Below, in pieces: positions 54,326-62,280 of a stretch of DNA of 64,000 nt. How positions within the stretch are numbered: position 1 is the first letter of the stretch; the number at the start of each line of letters is the position of its first letter. The translations under genes and the position numbers were made by a program. A model generated the notes under the pieces. The model was not told the DNA's origin, searched no databases, and worked only from the letters and a program-made list of their open reading frames with translations. The stretch comes from a virus (Duplodnaviria; Caudoviricetes): IMG/VR virus record IMGVR_UViG_3300024269_000024, positions 64,001 to 128,000 of that record; one strand, given 5' to 3'.

Positions 54326-55546
54326 TTAATTCCCAATCTCAATCAAATACTTAATAGTCATCTGATCATTTCTATAAAACACAATTTCGTCATTTATCAG
54401 CATCCCCTTGTCCGCTTTTGCATGCAGACAATTACATTTAGGATTCTTGTTCTGCAGTACATTGTAGTTCAAATGATAACAACTACTATCATGCTGGTAT
54501 ACAACATAAGGAGTTCCATAGGCCACTTCAAACAACGCCATGTAAGCGACATTGTTTCCACCATGTGCCCAATAAGAACCAGACAGCGAGGTGTATCCAA
54601 TGGACTTTTGACACTTAGGGGCAAAGTAGATTCCATCTGAAAACATGGAGCCTGTGTATACAGCATTACTAGGACGAATCATAAGGCCAGTTTTAATAAT
54701 GGAAAACCAATTCTCACTGCGGCTACCATGAAACAGCAATCTGGTGTCCTGAATATCATTCTCAGCAATAAACTTATCAAAGCGTTCCTGAGTCTTAAGG
54801 TTCTTAACTCTCCAAGCCCTTCTAAACTTGCCAGCGGATTCATTCATAAGCTTCTTAATGAGCGCAATATCATCCGCAGTAGTTTCTTCCATTTCAAGTC
54901 CAAGTTCTTCAAGAATAGTTTGCTGTTTCTTTTCTACATGCTCAACAGGTTCATGCTCAGGTTTCACATAAATCTGACCGCGCATAACGTCAAGAAGATC
55001 CTGTTCTTTGGAAATAATCTGTGCAAAGTCTTCTACTTTATCAGCTAGATAATCTCTGACATTGCCCATCTTTCTCGGAATTACCGTAAACAGTTTGAGC
55101 AGCTTGTCATTGAACGCTTCGATTGTAGCATCGCCATTTGCCAGCTCATCAATGATCTTCTGAGCCGCATCAACCATATCCTGAGTAACAGCAGATGCTT
55201 GAACGGTATAGTTCTTCTGAATGGTTTCGCGAGCTAGACCCTGAAGCTTTTCTACGATAGCTTTGATTGCTGCGTTTTCAATGTCTCTGTAATGGCTTTC
55301 AGGATTGGCAGAAGAGATTTTCTCTACCAAATCCTGCTTTAGGTCTGTTACATCTTGATATCCCTTATTAAGCTTACTGGAAATTTGCGTGTTCCATTTA
55401 GACATGGGATAATATCTTGTGGTTTTAGTTGCATCAACTCGTCCGTACTCGACTCTAAACTGGTCACCTTCTGGAAAAAGATTATAATACTTATTGTTAT
55501 TCGCAGTTGTAACCATAATAAGATAAGTGGGTCTAATCTCTGCCAT
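54326..55546 (-). CDS. Poly(ADP-ribose) polymerase-like protein: WGR + helical regulatory + catalytic domain
   Basis: NNNKYY...YGRV...KL.KGY (WGR); LFTVIPRKMG...KEQDLLD (PARP_reg-like); LLFHGSR.ENWFSII..GL.I.P, GSMF.DGIYFA, KSIGY, LFEVAYG, NDEIVFY (H-Y-E triad). Confidence 0.9.
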   Translation of the reverse strand: MAEIRPTYLIMVTTANNNKYYNLFPEGDQFRVEYGRVDATKTTRYYPMSKWNTQISSKLNKGYQDVTDLKQDLVEKISSANPESHYRDIENAAIKAIVEKLQGLARETIQKNYTVQASAVTQDMVDAAQKIIDELANGDATIEAFNDKLLKLFTVIPRKMGNVRDYLADKVEDFAQIISKEQDLLDVMRGQIYVKPEHEPVEHVEKKQQTILEELGLEMEETTADDIALIKKLMNESAGKFRRAWRVKNLKTQERFDKFIAENDIQDTRLLFHGSRSENWFSIIKTGLMIRPSNAVYTGSMFSDGIYFAPKCQKSIGYTSLSGSYWAHGGNNVAYMALFEVAYGTPYVVYQHDSSCYHLNYNVLQNKNPKCNCLHAKADKGMLINDEIVFYRNDQMTIKYLIEIGN

Positions 55547-55561
55547 AACTCAAACCTCCAA

Positions 55562-55987
55562 TTAGAGTTCGCAAATTACAATCTCAACGTCCATGTCTTC
55601 AAATACTTCGCAAATGATTTCATAAACCTTGCTCCAATCTAAACGATCCAAGCCAGAAGCAATGCGTGGCATGGCCAGCTTGGCTACATTCAGAAACTCC
55701 ATAAATTCTTTCATCATTTCCAGTGCGGCTCTTACGGTTTCATAAGTAGGCTTGTGCCAATATTTCTGCTTAGTAACAAGATTAAAAACGTTGTCTACTG
55801 GTAGCGCATCGCCACCACAATACTCATAATCAGGATAATTTCTGAACAGCTTAAATCGCATATTATAAACACTATCAAAAGTCTTTGCGATACCAGCTCC
55901 GAGTGCAAAGTCGGCAGAGATACAATGTGCTAGATAATAACCCTGGGGCATAGTAAATAGGTCACGCTTTTCAGTAGTAATAGTCAT
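55562..55987 (-). CDS. Macrodomain ADP-ribosylhydrolase, TARG1/OARD1/DarG-like
   Basis: DLF, LAHCISADFALGAGIAKTF, FNLVTKQKYWHKPTY, LAMPRIASGLDRLDW. Confidence 0.9.
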   Translation of the reverse strand: MTITTEKRDLFTMPQGYYLAHCISADFALGAGIAKTFDSVYNMRFKLFRNYPDYEYCGGDALPVDNVFNLVTKQKYWHKPTYETVRAALEMMKEFMEFLNVAKLAMPRIASGLDRLDWSKVYEIICEVFEDMDVEIVICEL

Positions 55988-56025
55988 AAATCATTTCTCC
56001 TTTATAATTCATTAATTTTGTATTG

Positions 56026-57630
56026 TTACCAAACGTCTTCAAATTTAAAATCATTCAAGATTAACTGTCTGTAATAAGTTCTTCCAAAATATCCACTATC
56101 AAGCTGTCCCACTCCATAAAATTCTTTATCTTCTAGGTCCCACATATCATCCCATCCATTAAAATTCCACTTAATAAATGTGACATTTGGGGTTGTAATT
56201 TTGAGGTGTTTGCCGCCCGACATATTGCCAACTTCGTAATCAGATACCTCTCCAATCATAACCGTAATTGGAGCAAATCCAGAGCCAGAAATTTTATTAA
56301 TATCCTTAATCTGTTTAATTAGGATATCTGTAACTTGCTCTGCGTCAAGCTGAATATCAATATCACAAGACTGAACAAATTCGACGTCTCTCAGTACATC
56401 TTCTATTTTGTTTTTAAATTCTTCAAATCTATTAATTGGTATAAATGCGCCTGCGGCCAGCTCATGGCCCACACAAGATCCAATTCCAGTATCATTTACT
56501 ATCTTGGTAAAATTATCTATACCAATTGCTCTCATAGACCCAGCGTAACTATTGCCTACAGTTCTGAGCACAAACAATGGACGCTGATATTTTTCTAGCA
56601 ATTTGTTACCCATCAAACCTGCGACTTCTGCATCAACATCGACAAAGAAGTACATACACTTTTGGTCTAGCTGTGCGTCTCCTTGTCTAATTAGCTCTTC
56701 CATCTGATCCGCCACAATATCGTTTTGCTTTTCTTTGCATTTCTTTAGATCACGAATAAGAGCATTTACTTCTTTTGCATCGTCAGATAGAAACATCCTC
56801 ATGGCCTTTTTGTTTTCACTCATTCTACAGGCAGCGTTCGCAAGAGGGGCCAGACCAAAACTGACAGCTTTGGAATCAAACCCATAAGAACCATTAATTT
56901 TTGAAATAGCAAGGTTTCTTTGGTGGTTGAAACCCTGATAACAAATATATCTGTTTTCTGCCGACTGTTCGGAAACATCGCACATATCAGCAATAATACC
57001 TGCCGCTGCTAGATCCCAGAATTCTTCTGAATAGTCGTTCCAAGTTACTTCATCAATGTACTGACAAAACTTGAATACGACACCTGCACCACTTAGTGCT
57101 GGATTTGGGTAGTTGTTAGCAGAACTTATCAGACAAAATGGTAAATTTGCATCAATCAGTCGCTGCTCAATTAGGTGATGGTCACACACAATCAGCTTTG
57201 CACCTGTGTTTAGGATATTTTTATATACTTCTGGATCGTTGTTAAGAGAGTCAACAATAATTAGTGTGGTATTTTTGTCCAACATTTCAATCGGAAAATC
57301 TTCCGCACCATGCTTTTTACCTTCATTAATATATGTATCAATATTGTCAGTAAAATTTCGCAAGTATCTCGTCATAATTGTACCAGATGATAGACCATCC
57401 TGATCAACGTCGAAGAATACCACAAAACGATTGTTATCTTCGATTGTTTTTAATACAATATTACATCCCTCTTCAAGCCCTTGCATTTCTTCAAAAGGGA
57501 CCATTGAATCTTCTGGTGGAGTCATAAAGGTTTTGTAATTTTTAATACCTCTGCTTTCCATAAGAGCTTCAATGATTTCAAGATGATCCATGTCTCTGCC
57601 ATCTATTTTAATGTTCCAATTTTTCTTCAA
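56026..57630 (-). CDS. recJ: RecJ-like DHH ssDNA exonuclease
   Basis: DVDQDG..S, IIVD, CDHH, LSGAGVVFK, ADM, AP.ANA..R, GSMR, GHELAAG. Confidence 0.88.
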   Translation of the reverse strand: MKKNWNIKIDGRDMDHLEIIEALMESRGIKNYKTFMTPPEDSMVPFEEMQGLEEGCNIVLKTIEDNNRFVVFFDVDQDGLSSGTIMTRYLRNFTDNIDTYINEGKKHGAEDFPIEMLDKNTTLIIVDSLNNDPEVYKNILNTGAKLIVCDHHLIEQRLIDANLPFCLISSANNYPNPALSGAGVVFKFCQYIDEVTWNDYSEEFWDLAAAGIIADMCDVSEQSAENRYICYQGFNHQRNLAISKINGSYGFDSKAVSFGLAPLANAACRMSENKKAMRMFLSDDAKEVNALIRDLKKCKEKQNDIVADQMEELIRQGDAQLDQKCMYFFVDVDAEVAGLMGNKLLEKYQRPLFVLRTVGNSYAGSMRAIGIDNFTKIVNDTGIGSCVGHELAAGAFIPINRFEEFKNKIEDVLRDVEFVQSCDIDIQLDAEQVTDILIKQIKDINKISGSGFAPITVMIGEVSDYEVGNMSGGKHLKITTPNVTFIKWNFNGWDDMWDLEDKEFYGVGQLDSGYFGRTYYRQLILNDFKFEDVW

Positions 57631-58376
57631 ATCATGTCATCCTCCAGTACTACACAATTAATTTTTCCACTATGAGCGCAACAAGCATCAAGCGCAATAA
57701 AACCATCACCATAAAATGGGTCAAACTTTGCATCTGCTCCGAACTCACTGCGGCCTTCAAGTTTTGCCCAGCCAGTGCTGCAATGCCAATGGCCAAAAAC
57801 AAGTGTTTTATTAGGAAGCAAACCGCATTCTGCAAGCTCAAACGGATCACCCCATCTTGCATCATCCCACTGTGTTGCATGAGCTTCACGCCAATTTTCC
57901 ATCTTTGTGTAGTTTTTGCCCCGAAGATAATACGGAGGTAGAATACTATCACATTCAAGCGGGACAAAGCTGTGAACGAAGATGTAATTCTTAGTTTCTA
58001 AATAATTTACCATGCCGTCAACAAACTTTAAAACCTTTGGATAGATTGCTATACAAGCTTCTTCAAATGTATTGGCGCTTGGGGCAAGATCAATAATTGT
58101 TTGGGCGGTACCATTGCTCCAATCGTGCCCCTGTGGATATTCGCGTGCAAGACAATCCATTATGAGATCTTCGTGATTTCCGCGTATTAGAATTTTGCGC
58201 TCCAGAGACGCAAGATAGTCTATAACTTTATGTGGCTGTCTGCCCCTATCGGTATAATCTCCAAGCCCTACCAGAAAATGATTTTTATTATTTTGATCAA
58301 ATCCCGCTTCATCAAGCGCTTTGCACATTTCATCATAGAACCCATGCACGTCACTGATGCAAAACAACTTTGCCAT
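57627..58376 (-). CDS. Calcineurin-like metallophosphoesterase
   Basis: SDVHG, LGDYTDRG, RGNHE, FVHS, FGHWH. Confidence 0.9.
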   Translation of the reverse strand: MAKLFCISDVHGFYDEMCKALDEAGFDQNNKNHFLVGLGDYTDRGRQPHKVIDYLASLERKILIRGNHEDLIMDCLAREYPQGHDWSNGTAQTIIDLAPSANTFEEACIAIYPKVLKFVDGMVNYLETKNYIFVHSFVPLECDSILPPYYLRGKNYTKMENWREAHATQWDDARWGDPFELAECGLLPNKTLVFGHWHCSTGWAKLEGRSEFGADAKFDPFYGDGFIALDACCAHSGKINCVVLEDDMI

Positions 58377-58400
58377 CTATATCTCCTCCCATCTATAGCT

Positions 58401-58429
58401 ATTATACACCATTAATTTTGTATTGTCTA
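58401..58429 (-). promoter_or_regulatory. Promoter with the 17-bp motif in its spacer
   Basis: TAGACA-17-TATAAT; motif 58410-58426; 16-bp box 58430-58445. Confidence 0.75.
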
Positions 58430-58483
58430 TTGACGCATTAAACAAATATGGGCCGCAGTTTTACTACGACCCATACAATGTTA

Positions 58484-58681
58484 TCACTCCTGTCTAATGT
58501 GATAATAAAATTCTCCAGAGTTAGGATTCTCAACAGTCACAACACTACCGCCAAGCAGCATCATGTCTAGAGCGGCCAAAACGCGAACAGTGGGAAGATC
58601 AAGATCATACGAGATTTCTCTGGGCGTCTTATCTGCGTTGCCCTTAAGATAGCTATAAATTTTATTAATAATATTTTCCAT
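58484..58681 (-). CDS. Small winged-helix DNA-binding protein
   Basis: KIYSYLK....TPREIS..LDLP...V.AAL..M...G.V......YY. Confidence 0.6.
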   Translation of the reverse strand: MENIINKIYSYLKGNADKTPREISYDLDLPTVRVLAALDMMLLGGSVVTVENPNSGEFYYHIRQE

Positions 58682-58725
58682 TTTTCATTCTCCTTAATTT
58701 TGTATTGTTGTTTGCAAACGTATTC

Positions 58726-58754
58726 ATTATACTGTATTGCGGCGTGTATGTCAA
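58726..58754 (-). promoter_or_regulatory. Consensus sigma-A promoter
   Basis: TTGACA-17-TATAAT; motif downstream at 58692-58708 abutting the RBS. Confidence 0.85.
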
Positions 58755-58761
58755 GTTAAGT

Positions 58762-59634
58762 TTAGTGTGCGGCTTTATCTGCTTCGTGGAGCAAATCAAT
58801 GTACTGCTTAAGATATGTAGGTAGATTGTTGTAATACTTACTATTAAAGAATGGTTCCATATGGTTACAAATTAACCAAGCTACAAACGGAGTAACATTT
58901 CTAATTCCATAAGACATCCATGCTCCATAGTTGTTATGAAAGTAAAAATGCGCTATATCACAAGGATTACCCTTCGCATCCACAAACGCTTTCACTGCAG
59001 GCTTGCCAATGTCATGTAGCCATGCGGCCCATTGTAGTTCAAAATCATTGGTGGTCTTTAGCATATATTGGTAAGCTGCTTGGCAATGATCATAAATGTT
59101 CAGAGTATGATGAGGATTGTCATGTGGAATCTTCATTTCATCTACCAATATCATTTCATAAATACCATCATCATATTTAACAGATTTTACAACTTCAATG
59201 TGGTCAATACCTTCGTCGTACCATGGAGCCTGAAAACGCTTGAGCATCCTGCCAATTACTTCTGGACCAACAGTACGCTCTCTTTCGGCATCTCTTCTAA
59301 TACAATCTTCAACAGGTGCCCAGATAATATGTGCCTCAATTTTTACAAACTTTGGACATGCTGAAATGATATAAGCGCGATCTTTGCGAGTGATGTTCGT
59401 TGCGTCATACAGCACATTCTGACCATTGTTTAGTGCTTCGATTGCTCTGGACTGCATTAGAGAGAACACTTCATGGTTATCACCCTGAATCGCTTCATTC
59501 CCCCACAGTTCTTTTCTGATAGAATCAGAAGAAAGATGAATTACATTGTCGTGAAACTTTGCGTATTCTTTGGCATAGTAGGTTTTACCTGAACCAGGGA
59601 TTCCTACGAGTAGAATTAGGGTTGGTCTGTTCAT
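58762..59634 (-). CDS. Polynucleotide kinase (AAA_33) fused to HD phosphoesterase
   Basis: LVGIPGSGKT, SSDSIR, DATN...R; NPHH.L...H, LHDIGKP, H..H, NHM, EAD. Confidence 0.85.
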   Translation of the reverse strand: MNRPTLILLVGIPGSGKTYYAKEYAKFHDNVIHLSSDSIRKELWGNEAIQGDNHEVFSLMQSRAIEALNNGQNVLYDATNITRKDRAYIISACPKFVKIEAHIIWAPVEDCIRRDAERERTVGPEVIGRMLKRFQAPWYDEGIDHIEVVKSVKYDDGIYEMILVDEMKIPHDNPHHTLNIYDHCQAAYQYMLKTTNDFELQWAAWLHDIGKPAVKAFVDAKGNPCDIAHFYFHNNYGAWMSYGIRNVTPFVAWLICNHMEPFFNSKYYNNLPTYLKQYIDLLHEADKAAH

Positions 59635-59635
59635 T

Positions 59636-59745
59636 TTAATCACCTACTTGTTCTATTAAAAATTGTGTTGTTTCTAATTGTAAGTCATCAATACATATTT
59701 TAGAAAAATATGTATACGGGATTCGTATTAATGGAACATTAGCAT
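59636..59745 (-). pseudogene. Remnant of a deleted free-standing endonuclease
   Basis: GAGG SD + ATG joined out of frame to NVPLIRIPYTYFSKICIDDLQLETTQFLI, resembling the C-terminus of phage Vsr/PD-(D/E)XK-type endonucleases. Confidence 0.5.
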
Positions 59746-59775
59746 ATTTTATTCCTCATTAAAACATTTTGTTAT

Positions 59776-61209
59776 TTATTCTTCCTGTGCTTCTTCTAGG
59801 TCTGGTTCAAGTGCTTCGTCCTTGATAATGCCCTCAAGAACCTTGAAAGAGAAGTTCTTATGCTTGTAGACCGCAATATTGGGACGATTTACGATACGAG
59901 CCACTACACCTTCGCGAATATGAGTCTTACCAATTGGGTCGGGGCCATCAAAGTATTCTTCAACCTTACGCAGGACATATTCGCCAGGGTTAACATGGAT
60001 GCGCCTAGTTGCAACCCAGTTTTCAGCGAAATCAACAGCAGAATATTCTTTAATATATTCAGGAATAATGAATCGTTCAAATACGGGCACAGCATTTACG
60101 CCCATCTGTTCACAACGCATGCGCATCTGATCAGGAGACATCTCTACGACATCACCGTCTTCGTTAGTCATAGTCATGCGGTAAACATAAACTTCGCACT
60201 TAGGAGGAAATACCTCAGTTGGAGATCCATTAGCAACATAAAAGCCATCTGGCTCAACAGAGTGAGGTTCCCAGCCACCAAGAGGTTCGCAACCATAAGA
60301 GAATACTGTTTCTTCACCGTACTGCTTAGAGAATTCTTTGTCCTTAATCTTGGAATTCTTTACAGATGCCATGATAGGGGTATCCTCGTTTACGAAGCCT
60401 ACGATTTCGTAGTAGACCGTTTCGTTTTTACGTAGCTTACCTTCAAACTTCTTTGCCATCTCTAGTCTGAAATTGTTATCATCATAATATCCACCATCAT
60501 GCTTGTCATCAAGAACAACACGACGAGTACCAGTTACATAACCATATTCCACATATTCCTTGCCAGGGCGACGACGAATCTTATCCCATAGAGTCTGCGG
60601 CTTACGATGATGCAGCGGCAGATAACCAGTACGACCGCTAGTTCCATGCATCTTGAGCGTTAGCTCTACAATGTCTCCAGCCTTAAACTCACCCAGATTG
60701 TATGCCAGCTGTGCAGTATCAACATGCTCATAGAAAGTAGGTGCAAAATTAGCCTTTGCTCTCTTGCCGCCACCACCATGATAAGTATGAGATGCATGAT
60801 TGCGCCTTGGAATATACTTCTTGCAGATCTCCTTACCATTTAGCATAGAAATTGTATCGCCTTCCTTGAGATCAGAAATCTTACAGAAGTCAGCTAGGCA
60901 AGTTAGCGGAAGGAATAGTCCATCAGACTTTTCACCGCGAAGCTTTAGTGCCTTAATGTTGCGCTTTTCAGGGTCTAGATAACCACCACATAGATTGCCA
61001 TTTTCATCCTTGCGACGCACAAGATCATTCGCCTTGCAAAATTCCTCAGATAGCTGACCATCTACAGGGAAGTAAACGCCAAGCTGTCCTTCCATATAAT
61101 CCATGGATACGATTACAGAGTTTCCAAAACATTCGCCAATCTGTAGGCGATCTGCGTTAGAATGCTTGCGCACATTCTTTAGAATAGTAACAAAACCAGT
61201 GTATGCCAT
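59776..61209 (-). CDS. ATP-dependent RNA ligase with N-terminal OB domain (DRB0094/Rnl5-like)
   Basis: H.NADRLQI, LKLRGEKS.GL; motif I KMHGTS, III YYEIVG, IV REGVV, V YKHKN. Confidence 0.82.
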   Translation of the reverse strand: MAYTGFVTILKNVRKHSNADRLQIGECFGNSVIVSMDYMEGQLGVYFPVDGQLSEEFCKANDLVRRKDENGNLCGGYLDPEKRNIKALKLRGEKSDGLFLPLTCLADFCKISDLKEGDTISMLNGKEICKKYIPRRNHASHTYHGGGGKRAKANFAPTFYEHVDTAQLAYNLGEFKAGDIVELTLKMHGTSGRTGYLPLHHRKPQTLWDKIRRRPGKEYVEYGYVTGTRRVVLDDKHDGGYYDDNNFRLEMAKKFEGKLRKNETVYYEIVGFVNEDTPIMASVKNSKIKDKEFSKQYGEETVFSYGCEPLGGWEPHSVEPDGFYVANGSPTEVFPPKCEVYVYRMTMTNEDGDVVEMSPDQMRMRCEQMGVNAVPVFERFIIPEYIKEYSAVDFAENWVATRRIHVNPGEYVLRKVEEYFDGPDPIGKTHIREGVVARIVNRPNIAVYKHKNFSFKVLEGIIKDEALEPDLEEAQEE

Positions 61210-61235
61210 AATTCTTGCCACCTTTTATATTTTGT

Positions 61236-61742
61236 TCAATTAAACGTCCAATAAAATTTTCCCTGTCCAACAAGATCCCAGCTGTCTGAGTGCACATAAG
61301 AGAAAACGCCCTCAATTGTTTCAATTTCTTCTGCAGAACTCAGGTCTGTGTCTGCGATATAATCAATACTAATTGACCCTTTAACCTTCTTATTTGCCAT
61401 TACTTCTTCTGCGTATCCGTTTAGCGTCCAACCATTGACTGCAATTTCTGCAAACATGCACTGGATATTGCTATTTGTGTAGTTTTCAATAATTACGTCA
61501 ATGTACATTGTTCCATAATCATCGTCAACACCCCAATATTCATCAAAATAAGGAGCTCCAATCGCAGTCATTTTGACATTCTCGTCTTCGTACAGCACAG
61601 TTCCATCTACAACAGGGGGATAGAACTGCATAAGTTCTAGTCTAGCCTGGTCAATAATACTAATAAGTTCTTCTGGTGTGGCCGCAAAGGCGTAACTAGA
61701 AAGGCACATGATAAGAACAACACAAACAACAAGCTTCTTCAT
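61236..61742 (-). CDS. Secreted/surface protein with signal peptide
   Basis: MKKLVVCVVLIMCLSSYAFA signal sequence; acidic beta-rich body. Confidence 0.6.
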   Translation of the reverse strand: MKKLVVCVVLIMCLSSYAFAATPEELISIIDQARLELMQFYPPVVDGTVLYEDENVKMTAIGAPYFDEYWGVDDDYGTMYIDVIIENYTNSNIQCMFAEIAVNGWTLNGYAEEVMANKKVKGSISIDYIADTDLSSAEEIETIEGVFSYVHSDSWDLVGQGKFYWTFN

Positions 61743-61790
61743 TTTGAATTTCCTTCTTTCATTAATTTTGTACTGTTAGTACCTGGTAAT

Positions 61791-61819
61791 AATATACCAT
61801 AGAGCCATATAAAAAACAA
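61791..61819 (-). promoter_or_regulatory. Putative weak promoter
   Basis: TTGTTT-17-TATATT with TG; motif 61760-61776 downstream; 16-bp box 61820-61835 upstream. Confidence 0.45.
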
Positions 61820-61858
61820 TTGACAGAATGGCCAAGAATTTCCTGATCATTCTGTCAA
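61820..61858. repeat. 11-bp inverted repeat
   Basis: ttgacagaatg-N17-cattctgtcaa. Confidence 0.6.
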
Positions 61859-61869
61859 CTTTTCACATA

Positions 61870-62280
61870 TTACCCCTCGTAAATTTCAAATAGCCGTCCC
61901 ATTGACATACCATTTGCTCTTCCAAGATCTACAGCCAAAGCACACATATTGGACTCCATACCAACACCAAGACCTTTGTTAAAATAATCAATCAAAGAAT
62001 CATATGTGTCGTTGCCGTCCCGCGTCTCCCACCCAATCATAAACTGTCCGTTCACTGTAAAGAAATCTGCAGGAGTTCCCATATTGCTGCCCTTGGAACT
62101 GCGCCACCAACCGAACTCTTCTGGCCACTCAATAACATCTTCAAGAGTCTTAAGATCCTTCTTGTTGATCTCCCAAACCTCATAATAGGGCTTATGTGAA
62201 CTCTTATAAGTTCTTTTTGCGTCAATCTTTAGCACTTTAAATGCTCTATGTAGTCCATCTCCACCAAAAAGTTCTGCCAT
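61870..62280 (-). CDS. Hypothetical protein
   Basis: TAATG coupling to the upstream gene; GWWR...GSNMG motif. Confidence 0.55.
   Translation of the reverse strand: MAELFGGDGLHRAFKVLKIDAKRTYKSSHKPYYEVWEINKKDLKTLEDVIEWPEEFGWWRSSKGSNMGTPADFFTVNGQFMIGWETRDGNDTYDSLIDYFNKGLGVGMESNMCALAVDLGRANGMSMGRLFEIYEG

Larger units (their letters stand above)
33672..61776 (-). repeat. Dispersed 17-bp asymmetric motif ACRRTACAAAATTAA(T/G)G, 10 copies
   Basis: + strand cattaattttgtaytgt at 33672, 38718, 39067, 42379, 44137, 46046, 56010, 58410, 58692 and 61760, all in the same orientation. Confidence 0.9.

Noticed and set aside
59657-59775. Further TAAAA...TT palindrome copies flanking the endonuclease remnant
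   Set aside because: Right arms are too degenerate to count
33672-61776. The 17-bp motif or the TAAAA palindromes as CRISPR repeats
   Set aside because: Too short, separated by whole genes rather than 30-40 bp spacers, and no cas genes
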